64,000 nucleotides of DNA from a bacterium. GTDB taxonomy: Bacteria > Verrucomicrobiota > Verrucomicrobiia > Chthoniobacterales > JAFAMB01. Shown here piece by piece: positions 37,825 through 47,288 of the stretch. The stretch lies in contig JBKPBY010000053.1 in assembly GCA_046727075.1 (NCBI GenBank), forward strand, positions 13,078 to 77,077, given 5' to 3'. The notes below the pieces were generated by a model, which saw only the letters and a program-made list of their open reading frames with translations, ran no database searches and was not told the origin of the DNA. How positions within the stretch are numbered: position 1 is the first letter of the stretch; every line of letters begins with the position of its first letter. Made by a program: the position numbers and the translations under genes.

Positions 37825-38580
37825 ATGGTTCGTTCTATCGGTTTTGGGTTGTTGGCTTGCTTGCTTTGCGGTTGTGCCACGCGGGCGCTAACATCTGTCA
37901 AAGGAATACCCGGTCACTTCAGCACAGTAATTATCGATGCCGGTCACGGCGGCAAAGACAACGGAGGGCTCGGTGGACGACGCGGCATCGGCCTTGTTAG
38001 AGAAAAAGATGTAACGCTTAGCACGGCTAAGAGAGTTCGCGCGGAGCTGCAACACGCTGGCGTGCGCACGCTGATGATCCGCGACGATGACCGTTTTGTA
38101 GAGCTCGATGACCGGGTAGCTTTTGCGAATCGCCAAGGACCAAACGCGATTCTGGTCAGCATTCATTATGATGCCACCGGGGACCGCGGCGCGAACGGGG
38201 CAAAGACCTATTTCTGGAGAGCGGATAGCCACGGACTGGCAACGCGGATCCAGGAAAACCTGGTGGCCGAGACCGGCGAAACCAACCTCGGCGTTTTGCG
38301 CCGGCGCCTTCGACTGACTCGCAACCCGGAGATTCGATCGATCCTCTGTGAATGCGCGTATCTGACGAACCCCGGTGAGGCGCAGAAAGTGACGAACGAC
38401 GCCTACCAATCCAAAATTGCCACCGGTATCGCTAGGGGCATTCTCGAACAATATCGCCTGGGTGACGCAGGCATCGCCTCGGTCCCCGAACTCATTGCGC
38501 CCATGTCCAGAGCCTCCGACAAATACGTGAGCCGCCACACAACGCACCGCCGCAAGCACCACAAAAAAGTAAAAGCGTGA
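37825..38580 (+). CDS. N-acetylmuramoyl-L-alanine amidase (Amidase_3), lipoprotein
   Basis: Lipobox LLCGC. IIDAGHGGKDNGG, SIHYDA and ECAYLTNP motifs. Start taken at ATG 37825. Confidence 0.85.
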   Translation: MVRSIGFGLLACLLCGCATRALTSVKGIPGHFSTVIIDAGHGGKDNGGLGGRRGIGLVREKDVTLSTAKRVRAELQHAGVRTLMIRDDDRFVELDDRVAFANRQGPNAILVSIHYDATGDRGANGAKTYFWRADSHGLATRIQENLVAETGETNLGVLRRRLRLTRNPEIRSILCECAYLTNPGEAQKVTNDAYQSKIATGIARGILEQYRLGDAGIASVPELIAPMSRASDKYVSRHTTHRRKHHKKVKA

Positions 38581-38801
38581 GTGTTAGTGTGAGGTGAGAA
38601 CGAAGGGGGCGATCCGGCGACTGGTGAGACGGCAAAAAGAAATATGGAATCTAACAGAAAATCGCGAAGATTTTTTCTCGTCGGCAACCGAAAACTGAAA
38701 ACCGAAAACCGAAAACGGTGAACCGCGTGGCGAAGCCGCGCGCGCTTGACTCACACCCATACTCGCACTCGCACTGCGGGAGTGCTAGATTGGCCGCTTC
38801 A

Positions 38802-39833
38802 ATGCGAAAGAGAGACGTCACGATTCACGATGTCGCCGCTCAATCCGGAGTCTCCTACCAGACGGTCTCGCGTGTGATCAATGAGATGCCCGATGTGGCT
38901 GATGCAACGCGCCAGCGGGTGACCAAAGTTCTCGATCGACTCGGCTACCGTCCCAACCTGACCGCACGGCACCTGGTGAGCCGGCGTTCAACGGTGATCG
39001 GAGTGGTTACGTTTGCCACCGGTCTCTATGGCCCGTCCCAGATTGTGCTCAATGTCGAACGAGCGGCCAGAGCAAATGGCTACAACATCATGTTCGCTGG
39101 AATACCCGAGGAAAACGTCGAAGAAATTCACCGGGCGGTCGATACCCTTTGCGCCCATCGAGTCGCCGGAATATTGATGCATCTCCCCTTGGAAATTGAT
39201 CTGCGTCGTCTTCGCGACGTCTGTAAGAGTTTGCCTGTGGTGGCCATCGACTCCGATTTCGGTTTCGAAGCGCCTTCCGTTTTTGTTCAACAGGAAAAAG
39301 CTTCGCGGATGCTGACGAAGCACCTGATCGATCTCGGCCATAAACGGATTGCTTATCTCCGAGCGCCGGTTGTCTGGCGGGCATCCCGACTGCGATATCA
39401 GGGTTGGCTTAAAGCGCTGAAAGCCGCGCGCCTTAAACCGGGGCCTTGCGCCGAAGGTGACTGGTCTTCCAAGGGCGGATTCGAAGCAACGCTTGAGCTG
39501 ATCAGACACCACAAGAACCGATTCACTGCACTTATGGTCGCCAACGATCAAATGGCGCTCGGCGCGATCCGAGCTTTTGAGGAAAACGGTCTCCAGGTGC
39601 CGAGAGATGTGTCGATTGTCGGTTTCGATGATATTCCCGAGGCGGCGTTTTTCCGGCCCCCACTGACCACTGTCAAACAGGATTTCGACGCGGTCGGCAA
39701 ACTCGGCGTACGCTGCTTAATCGACCAATTTAAAAACGAAACGGCGCTCTCAACCCAGACACACACGGTGGAACCAATTTTTTTCGAACGCGCCAGCACC
39801 GCGAAGCCGCGGCGGAAGAACGTATCGGCGTGA
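38802..39833 (+). CDS. LacI-family transcriptional regulator
   Basis: VTIHDVAAQSGVSYQTVSRVIN HTH plus a periplasmic-binding-protein-like core. The last six codons lie inside the left arm of the 39815-39900 inverted repeat. Confidence 0.9.
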   Translation: MRKRDVTIHDVAAQSGVSYQTVSRVINEMPDVADATRQRVTKVLDRLGYRPNLTARHLVSRRSTVIGVVTFATGLYGPSQIVLNVERAARANGYNIMFAGIPEENVEEIHRAVDTLCAHRVAGILMHLPLEIDLRRLRDVCKSLPVVAIDSDFGFEAPSVFVQQEKASRMLTKHLIDLGHKRIAYLRAPVVWRASRLRYQGWLKALKAARLKPGPCAEGDWSSKGGFEATLELIRHHKNRFTALMVANDQMALGAIRAFEENGLQVPRDVSIVGFDDIPEAAFFRPPLTTVKQDFDAVGKLGVRCLIDQFKNETALSTQTHTVEPIFFERASTAKPRRKNVSA

Positions 39834-39900
39834 CGGCGTGTCGGCGTACCAGCGAATACGCCCCCAGAAGCCGACACGCCGTCGCGCCGATACGTTCTTC
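39815..39900. terminator. 31-bp-arm hairpin between convergent genes (bidirectional terminator candidate)
   Basis: GAAGAACGTATCGGCGTGACGGCGTGTCGGC (39815-39845) versus GCCGACACGCCGTCGCGCCGATACGTTCTTC (39870-39900): 30 of 31 complementary, with a 24-nt loop. Confidence 0.65.
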
Positions 39901-41329
39901 AACTTCTCCCGTTGGCCACTGCTACTGCGGCGGAAGCAACACGCTTTCGTCCGGCAAGTTCTTCTCCAGCGTTTGGTGGCAGGCTGGCGAATCCGAAATA
40001 TGACAGAAGCGAAATCACCCCAATTACGACGAAAGCGGGCAAGAAATCACCAGTTGCCAGCGTCTGGCTGCCTCGTAGCGCCATCGATGATTGAAGAATG
40101 AATGCGGCTATGGTTATACCGAGGCTTAGCGATAGTTGCTGGAAAACACTTGTCAGCGTTGTCGCCTGGCTCATCTCTGGTTGTTCGACCTCCGCAACGC
40201 TGATCGCATTAATACATGTGAACTGTAACGAACGAAAGAAACCACCGATAAAAAACACGGTGAGAATCCATAGATGAGGAGTTGTGATTGTGAAGCTCGC
40301 CGGCGCAACAGCCAAAATCGCTGTGACGATCGCGTTTATCGCTAACACCCGTCCGAATCCGAGTTGTCGTAGAATCGGGCTGGCAGTGAATTTCATTAAC
40401 ATCGCGCCGACCGCGCCAACAAAGGTCATCAAGCCGGATTGTAAAGGACTCAGTCCAAATCCAAGCTGCAACAAGAGAGGCCAGAGCAGCGGTGTTGCGC
40501 CAACGCCGATTCGAAAAAAGCTGCCGCCGATCACGCCGGCCTTGAAGGTAGGAAGCCGGAATAGCCGGAGATCCAGGATAGGATTCGGGGTTCGTGCCGC
40601 GTGCATCGCGTAGAGCGCGACACCTACAAAGCCGATGGCAAACAACGCGCAGACCGCCCAGACCGGAAGCGCGTTCCCTTCCATTGTTGCAGACGCCCAT
40701 ACAAGTGCGGATAATCCAACACCCGACAAAATAAACCCGATCAAATCGAACGGCGGCGGATCTTCCTCAACGATCTCCGGAATCAAAAGCGTTGCCAGCA
40801 CAAGACCAAGCACCGCGACGGGAATGTTAATCCAGAATATCCAACGCCACGAAAAGTAGGTTGTAATAAAGCCGCCCACTGGCGGACCGACCATCGGACC
40901 AATTAGTGCTGGTATTGTCAGCCACGCGAGAGCGTCAACAAATTCCGATCGCGGTACGCTGCGCAGAATGACGAGGCGTCCGACCGGCATCATCATTGCG
41001 CCACCGATTCCTTGGAGAGCTCTGGCCGCGACTAGCATATGCAACGACGTGGCGAACCCGCAGAAAATTGATCCTAGCGCAAATATAAGGATCGCGAGCC
41101 TGAAAATAATTCGCGCGCCGAACCGGTCCGCGAACCATCCAGAGGCCGGGATGAAGACCGCCAAAGCTAACAAATATGAAGCGAGCGCGAGCTTGAGTTG
41201 GATTGGGCTCTCGTGCAGTTCATGTCCGATCGCCGGTAACGCCGTAGAGAGGACCGTGGCGTCCAGATTCTCCATAAACAATGCGCATGCGACGATCAGC
41301 GGTAAGAGAATCCGAAGAGGGAGAGCCAT
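39899..41329 (-). CDS. MFS transporter, DHA2 (EmrB/QacA-like, 14-TMS) type
   Basis: 476 aa. LDATVLSTALPAIGHEL and FADRFGAR motifs. Confidence 0.85.
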   Translation of the reverse strand: MALPLRILLPLIVACALFMENLDATVLSTALPAIGHELHESPIQLKLALASYLLALAVFIPASGWFADRFGARIIFRLAILIFALGSIFCGFATSLHMLVAARALQGIGGAMMMPVGRLVILRSVPRSEFVDALAWLTIPALIGPMVGPPVGGFITTYFSWRWIFWINIPVAVLGLVLATLLIPEIVEEDPPPFDLIGFILSGVGLSALVWASATMEGNALPVWAVCALFAIGFVGVALYAMHAARTPNPILDLRLFRLPTFKAGVIGGSFFRIGVGATPLLWPLLLQLGFGLSPLQSGLMTFVGAVGAMLMKFTASPILRQLGFGRVLAINAIVTAILAVAPASFTITTPHLWILTVFFIGGFFRSLQFTCINAISVAEVEQPEMSQATTLTSVFQQLSLSLGITIAAFILQSSMALRGSQTLATGDFLPAFVVIGVISLLSYFGFASLPPNAGEELAGRKRVASAAVAVANGRS

Positions 41330-41330
41330 T

Positions 41331-41458
41331 AGTGAGTGTGAGTGCGAGTGTGAGTCTTAGTTTTAGTGGTGGAATTAGATTTAGAGTTAGAGGGCACCAT
41401 TTCATAACCAGCACTAGCACTATCATTAGCACGAATACTCCCACTCACACCCGCACTC
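41331..41458. repeat. structured spacer between the two MFS genes (GAGTG-word inverted repeat)
   Basis: AGTGAGTGTGAGTGCGAGTGTGAGT (41331-41355) versus ACTCCCACTCACACCCGCACTC (41437-41458). The right arm covers the stop and last codons (RVRV) of the upstream MFS gene. Confidence 0.7.
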
Positions 41459-42668
41459 TTTTGTCCAGGTTCGGCAGGAAGGCGGTGAGCAATCCGATTA
41501 ACGGCAAGAACGAGCAGACTGAGTAAACGAAATCGATACTTGTCCAATCCGCAAGCCTGCCCAGCGCGGCCGATCCAATTCCGGCCATGCCGAATGCGGT
41601 TCCGAAAAAGATACCGGCGATCAATCCAGTTTTGCCCGGCACAAGCTCCTGCGCGTAAACGATGATGGCCGAAAAAGCGGACGCGAGGATCACTCCAATT
41701 ATCACCACAAGAACTCCAGTCCAGAAAAGGTCTGCGTACGGCAACGCTAGAGTAAACGGCGCTACGCCCAGGATCGATGCCCAGATCACATATTTACGCC
41801 CAATCCTGTCTCCAATCGGTCCTCCAATAATTGTACCGGCAGCGACAGCGAACAAAAACAGGAACAGATAAATCTGCGCTGTCTGGATGCCGAGATGAAA
41901 TTTGTTAATCAGGTAGAAAGTGAAGTAGTTGGAGAGGCTGACCAGGTAAAAAAATTTGGAGAAGATAAGCGCGATCAAAATCGCCAGCGAAAAGACGATC
42001 CTCTGCTTCGATAACAGCGCCTGGCCGGACTTACGTTTTGCGCTCGATTTGGTCGGGATTCTATGAAGGTTTTCGCCGTACCACTTTCCGACGATCGAAA
42101 GGATGATAATTGCGACCAGGGCAACCACGGAAAACCAGGCGATACTTGGTTGTCCTCTGGGCACGATGATAAGCGCAGCCAATAATGGCCCGGCCGAAGA
42201 GCCGGCGTTCCCACCGACCTGAAAAATCGACTGGGCGAGTCCGTGCTTACCTCCTGAGGCCATGCGAGCCAGACGCGATGCTTCGGGATGAAAGATTGAC
42301 GAGCCCAGGCCCACCAATGCGGCAGAAACAAGAATGGTTGGGAAACTGCCTGCCACCGAAAGTAGAACCAGGCCGATCAGCGTGAATCCCATCCCGATTG
42401 CCAAAGAATAAGGTTTAGGTCGGTGATCGGTGTAGAGCCCGACAAATGGCTGAAAAAGCGAAGCGGTGCACTGAAACGTCAGAGTGATCAGGCCGATCTG
42501 TGTAAAGTTCAGATGAAACGAGTTCTTCAGGACTGGATATATCGCCGGAATCAACGACTGAATCGTGTCGTTAAGCAGGTGCGAAAAACTGATTGCCAAG
42601 AGAATAGCGAATACGGTGTTCTCGGCTCTATTTTGATGTTCGACTGTGTCCTGAAATTCCGTCTGCAT
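41445..42668 (-). CDS. MFS transporter, Fsr (fosmidomycin-resistance)-like
   Basis: 407 aa. SFSHLLNDTIQSLIPAIYPVLK and GLYTDHRPKPYSL are typical of the Fsr subfamily. Confidence 0.8.
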   Translation of the reverse strand: MQTEFQDTVEHQNRAENTVFAILLAISFSHLLNDTIQSLIPAIYPVLKNSFHLNFTQIGLITLTFQCTASLFQPFVGLYTDHRPKPYSLAIGMGFTLIGLVLLSVAGSFPTILVSAALVGLGSSIFHPEASRLARMASGGKHGLAQSIFQVGGNAGSSAGPLLAALIIVPRGQPSIAWFSVVALVAIIILSIVGKWYGENLHRIPTKSSAKRKSGQALLSKQRIVFSLAILIALIFSKFFYLVSLSNYFTFYLINKFHLGIQTAQIYLFLFLFAVAAGTIIGGPIGDRIGRKYVIWASILGVAPFTLALPYADLFWTGVLVVIIGVILASAFSAIIVYAQELVPGKTGLIAGIFFGTAFGMAGIGSAALGRLADWTSIDFVYSVCSFLPLIGLLTAFLPNLDKRVRV

Positions 42669-43009
42669 GGATCTGGCCGCTGTACATCGGCGGCCTTCCG
42701 CGCCATCAGTACAGGCCCCTCTCCCGGGGAATCCCGTTTTCTAAAATACCCGGGCCGATCTCCTCCACAAGAGCCCCATACCAGGACAAAACGTAGTTGT
42801 TCTATCAGAATTCGTTTGGCTTTGGACGTTCCCGCCGTCACAGAATGGCCGGGAGTTTTTAGCCCAGAACTTCGGCCTTGTGTTCGGTTTGTGTCGAAGA
42901 GCGCCGCCGAGCGCTTCACGAACCGACGTGTCCGCCATAGCTGTGGCGAAGGCGGAAAACCGATAACGGAAGACCGATAACCGTTAACCGCGGCGCTGAA
43001 AGCGCCGCG

Positions 43010-44398
43010 CTAGATCTGCCAGTCCAAAGCACTCTCCGCGACCTCCATGACCGATACGTGCGGACGTTTTGCATGTCGGATCGCAAGCATGCCGCCCATG
43101 ACATTGCTGATATGTGGGAATCCTTCCCCTTCCAATAAGCTCGTAGCGATTGAGCTTCGATACCCACTCCCGCAGACAACCACAATTGACGACTGGCGAG
43201 GCAGTTTTCCAATCTGTCGCAATATTTGCGGAAGCGCGATATGAATAGCTCCTTCCAGAGGATCGGCGTTCCATTCTTGCGCAGTACGAACATCCAGAAC
43301 CACCGAACGCAGGCGGTTGTTACCGGCCGCCAACAAATCCTGAGCTCCGAGCTGCGTAATCTGCAGTGTTTCTTCAAGATCATCAGCGAGAAGAAATCCT
43401 GCGAACTGATCGAACCCAATTCGCGCTAGCTCCAATTTAGCTTGTTGTGCTTCGGTATTGTGATCGACAACCAACAGGATCGGTAAATCGCCGTTTATAA
43501 AGAAACCGCACCACACCGCAAAAGAAGGACTAGCAACCCCAATGTTCACGCTTCCTGCCGCGTGACCTTCGCCGAACAGTGCTGCCGCGCGTACATCGAG
43601 AATGCTCGCACCATCTTCTCGCAATGATCGAAACCTCTCCAAATTAAGGTGGGTGACCCTACCGGTGAATGCTGGCGCACCTTGCAGATTTATTGTGACC
43701 GATCGGGCAAAATAGGAAGGTCGCTCCGGTAGATTTGTTACCATAGCGGAGACGAAGGCTATCCGATCCGTGAACTGGAGTGCCCAGTTCGTCGCGGATT
43801 CCTGGCCAATAGTTGTGAACGGCGCTGAAGAAATTTGGCGACCGCAAAGGGAACCAGCTCCGTGTGCAGGATAGACTTTTACATCGGGCGGGAGCTTGAG
43901 CAGCTTCTGGAAAAGAGAATCATGAAGCATCCCTGCCAGTTGATCCGCGGTCATCTCGCTATCACACAAATCCGGCCGTCCGACATCGCCTGCAAACAGC
44001 GTGTCACCCGAAAAAAGAGCAACTGCACGATTCCCCTCATACAAACAGAAACAGACACTGTCGGGCGAATGCCCCGGCGTCTCGATAACTTCCAAATAAG
44101 AATCGCCGATTACGATTCGATCGCCTTCCTGAATATCGCGGTGATCGAATTCAGCCGGAGCCTTTGCTGAAATCAAGATTGGCGCGCCTGACCTGCTTGC
44201 CAGCTCGGCGTGCCCCGCTACGAAATCTGCGTGCGGATGAGTCAACAGGATCGCGCGAAGCGTGAGTCCGTTCTTTTCCAAATAATTCAAATAGCCATCA
44301 ACGCACCTTTCAGGATCGATGATGACTGCGTCAGCACCTGCTGAAACAACGTACGACGCTTGAGCAAGCCCAGGAACAAAAAAGCGCTCGATACGCAT
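43010..44398 (-). CDS. MBL-fold persulfide-dioxygenase-like domain fused to rhodanese domains
   Basis: LLTHPHADFVAGH metal motif and C-terminal rhodanese active-site loop VVVCGSGYRSS. Start taken at ATG 44398. Confidence 0.8.
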   Translation of the reverse strand: MRIERFFVPGLAQASYVVSAGADAVIIDPERCVDGYLNYLEKNGLTLRAILLTHPHADFVAGHAELASRSGAPILISAKAPAEFDHRDIQEGDRIVIGDSYLEVIETPGHSPDSVCFCLYEGNRAVALFSGDTLFAGDVGRPDLCDSEMTADQLAGMLHDSLFQKLLKLPPDVKVYPAHGAGSLCGRQISSAPFTTIGQESATNWALQFTDRIAFVSAMVTNLPERPSYFARSVTINLQGAPAFTGRVTHLNLERFRSLREDGASILDVRAAALFGEGHAAGSVNIGVASPSFAVWCGFFINGDLPILLVVDHNTEAQQAKLELARIGFDQFAGFLLADDLEETLQITQLGAQDLLAAGNNRLRSVVLDVRTAQEWNADPLEGAIHIALPQILRQIGKLPRQSSIVVVCGSGYRSSIATSLLEGEGFPHISNVMGGMLAIRHAKRPHVSVMEVAESALDWQI

Positions 44399-44520
44399 GG
44401 CTGAAGAATACAGGAACCAGGAGTCAGGAGCCAGGGGCAAACGCAGAGTACGCCGAGGACGAGTGCGAGAGGTGAGAAGTGAGAGGTGAGAGAGCGAGAC
44501 GGCGAAGGGGCTGGGACCAG

Positions 44521-44572
44521 CGCAAGCCGCGATTCAAAATAGCCTGGGGCGAAGCGACAGCGTAGCCCTAGG
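44521..44572. repeat. one-armed, reverse-oriented copy of the 51791-51867 element
   Basis: CGCAAGCCGCGATTCAAAATAGCC+TGGGGCGAAGCGACAGCGTAGCCCTAGG aligns with the reverse complement of 51815-51867, with a few mismatches. Confidence 0.8.
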
Positions 44573-44650
44573 TTAAAAAATAAAATAGGGCCGAGCGCTG
44601 AAAGCGCGTGTCAATCCACTGGCGACCAACGCCCTGGGACTGAACAGTAG

Positions 44651-44717
44651 CATTGGCGAACGCGGAACCTGTCGCGCCGTAGTCCGGCCTTGGCCGGACG
44701 AAGGCGGACGCCAAACG
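44651..44717. repeat. REP-like element copy 3 (full length)
   Basis: CATTGGCGAACGCGGAACCTGTCGCGCCG, then the perfect 27-mer (44680-44706), then GACGCCAAACG. Confidence 0.95.
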
Positions 44718-44785
44718 TCTTTACCATTGACAGCCGAGCCTTTAGGCTCCACCGAAGCGCAGGTATTCCCCGTCAGCATACATAT

Positions 44786-46840
44786 ATGCCAGAGCTAGAA
44801 ACTGCCGTTTCAACTACTCCCTATGTTCCAGCAAAAAGCAGGGTCGCTGAGCTCACGATTAAATCGATTCTTTTGGGAGCATTCTTTGGACTCTTGTTTG
44901 GGGCAGCAACAGTCTATCTCGGCTTGAAGGCTGGGTTAACGATTTCGGCCTCCATCCCGGTAGCGGTTTTGGCCATATCGCTCGGACGTAAGTTCTTCAA
45001 AACGACGATCCTCGAAAACAACATCATCCAGACAACGGCTTCTGCCGGTGAATCAATCGCCGGAGGTGTGGTTTTTACCATGCCCGGGTTTTTGTTCCTT
45101 TCCAGTGGTAGCCACAGCGAGAATTTCTTTTCCTATTGGCCGATTTTTATCCTGGCGGCTATCGGCGGAATGCTCGGCACGCTGATGATGATTCCGTTAC
45201 GCCGGGCGTTGATTGTGGAAGAACACGGAACACTTCCTTATCCGGAAGGCACCGCATGTGCATCAGTTCTTATAGCAGGGGAGAAAGGCGGAGATTTTGC
45301 CCTCACAGCCTACAAGGGCTTCGGCTTCGCTCTGGTCTACGCGGCTTGCCAGAAGATTTTTGCGATCATCGCCGAAATACCCGCCTGGGTGACAGCGCAA
45401 ACGAATCGTTTTTTTCCTTCTGCAACAGTCAACGCGGATATCACGCCGGAATATATGGGCGTGGGGTATATCATCGGTCCGCGGATCGGAGGGGTACTTG
45501 TGTCCGGCGGCGTGCTGGCATGGTTAGCCTTGATCCCGTTGCTGGCGTCGCTTCTGCCCCCTGAAATCATCGCGAACGAACAGGTCAAGCTTGGCTACCT
45601 GCATGATCTTGCCTCGGCTGGTGGCAAAGGGGGCTGGAACCCGGCAACAAAAACATTTGCCGACACCGCCGCAGCCATCTACTTCGCTTACGTTCGCCAG
45701 ATCGGCGCGGGCGCAGTCGCCGCAGGTGGTTTCGTGACCCTGCTGAAAACGTTGCCAACTATCTGGTCATCTCTCGGCGCCAGCTTAGCTGCGCTGAAAA
45801 AGCGATCAGCCGGTATCGGCGAAGAACGTACCGAGGACGACCTTTCCATCCGTGTTGTCGGCTTCGGCAGCCTTGGATTGATCATTCTGATGATGCTACT
45901 CCCGCAGATTCCTGGCGACAGCATCCTCAGCAAATGCGTGCTTGGAGTACTGATCATTCTTTTTGGATTTGTATTTGTCTCCGTCTCGAGCCGGATCACC
46001 GGATTGATTGGCACCAGTTCCAATCCGATTTCCGGCATGACGATTGCCACCATCATGGGCACCTGCCTGGTATTCCTCAGTATCGGCTGGTCCGGATTCA
46101 AATATGAGCCGTTGGTGTTGGTTGTTGGCAGCATGATTTGTATCGCCGCGGCCAATGGAGGAGGGACTTCCCAGGACTTGAAGACCGGCTTCCTGGTGGG
46201 TTCTACGCCACGCTACCAGCAACTATCATTGTTCGTGGGAGCGATCGTCGCCGCGGTCGCTATCGGGCTAACTGTCAAACTACTCGATGCTCCGAGTCGG
46301 GAAATGGTCGCTCAAGGTGTTCTGCACCGGATCGGGACAAATCAGTATCCAGCACCTCAGGGGACATTGATGGCGACGCTGATTAAAGGGCTGCTCTCGT
46401 TCAATCTCGACTGGCAGTTTGTTTTGGTTGGAGCGTTTCTGGCTATCACCATGGAGCTCTGCGCCGTCAATTCGCTGTGTTTTGCCGTTGGTGCTTATCT
46501 GCCCCTTTCAACGACTCTTCCGATTTTTATCGGCAGCGTCATTCGCGGCGTGGTGGATCACCAGACCAGGAAAGTGGCGGCTTCTGCGGAGAGCGAACAA
46601 CTGAAGGCCGGCAACCTGTTTGCAACTGGCTTGGTAGCCGGTGGAGCTATAGCCGGAGTCATTGTCGCCGGTCTCATGCAGGTGCCCGGCCTCGGCGATT
46701 TCCTGCCCAAACTCAATCTGGAAAAAACGCTTACCGCCGCGCTTGGGGAAGGCGGGTATGCTCTGCTCGGTGTAGCCTTCTTCGCAGTCATGGGCATCGT
46801 TCTGTACCGAATCGGCTCCAGCAAAAAGAAGCTTACTTAG
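44786..46840 (+). CDS. OPT-family oligopeptide transporter
   Basis: About 684 aa from ATG 44786. Polytopic, with the OPT pattern (LTIKSILLGAFFG, SASIPVAVLAISLG, GTSQDLKTGFLVGSTP). Confidence 0.9.
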   Translation: MPELETAVSTTPYVPAKSRVAELTIKSILLGAFFGLLFGAATVYLGLKAGLTISASIPVAVLAISLGRKFFKTTILENNIIQTTASAGESIAGGVVFTMPGFLFLSSGSHSENFFSYWPIFILAAIGGMLGTLMMIPLRRALIVEEHGTLPYPEGTACASVLIAGEKGGDFALTAYKGFGFALVYAACQKIFAIIAEIPAWVTAQTNRFFPSATVNADITPEYMGVGYIIGPRIGGVLVSGGVLAWLALIPLLASLLPPEIIANEQVKLGYLHDLASAGGKGGWNPATKTFADTAAAIYFAYVRQIGAGAVAAGGFVTLLKTLPTIWSSLGASLAALKKRSAGIGEERTEDDLSIRVVGFGSLGLIILMMLLPQIPGDSILSKCVLGVLIILFGFVFVSVSSRITGLIGTSSNPISGMTIATIMGTCLVFLSIGWSGFKYEPLVLVVGSMICIAAANGGGTSQDLKTGFLVGSTPRYQQLSLFVGAIVAAVAIGLTVKLLDAPSREMVAQGVLHRIGTNQYPAPQGTLMATLIKGLLSFNLDWQFVLVGAFLAITMELCAVNSLCFAVGAYLPLSTTLPIFIGSVIRGVVDHQTRKVAASAESEQLKAGNLFATGLVAGGAIAGVIVAGLMQVPGLGDFLPKLNLEKTLTAALGEGGYALLGVAFFAVMGIVLYRIGSSKKKLT

Positions 46841-46867
46841 ATCGCTGGGACTGGCACCGCCCCCGGT

Positions 46868-47083
46868 TCACCTGCCCACAATCACCAGCGGTCCGCTCTT
46901 GTCCGAAGCCTTCACTTCCCGAGATCCGATCGAGGTTGCGCATCCTCTGCACAAATAGTCATAAATCTCTCTGTCAGGAAGGATCAGGAGCAGTTTTTCG
47001 TACACGGGTTGAGCTGTCTTGCACTTTGGACAGTACAAGGAAGACGCACGCAACGTTTCGAATTGGGTAGCCCGAGCAGCCAT
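46868..47083 (-). CDS. small zinc-ribbon protein (hypothetical)
   Basis: 71 aa from ATG 47083, preceded by AGGTG. CPKC and CRGC pairs are 24 aa apart. Divergent from mrdA. Confidence 0.4.
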   Translation of the reverse strand: MAARATQFETLRASSLYCPKCKTAQPVYEKLLLILPDREIYDYLCRGCATSIGSREVKASDKSGPLVIVGR

Positions 47084-47288
47084 CGCAGGCACCTACTCTC
47101 GATCCAACCCGCAAACTCGTCAAACCGAACGCCAAGGTCCCTCACCCCCCCGCCAAAAACGCTCTCGCCTCTCACCCAGCGCTGTTTGCACTGTTTGGCA
47201 TTGCCGGTGTTTGCTGCTGCGTTGGAATTTCCATCGGCCCATAGTACAATTCGGCTTGGACTCATTATAGTCCTCCGACGGCCTATAT

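Noticed and set aside
42423-42980. 185-aa plus-strand ORF spanning the Fsr-like MFS start and the following spacer
   Set aside because: It runs antisense to a confident transporter gene and then through repeat-rich spacer. Its composition is not protein-like.
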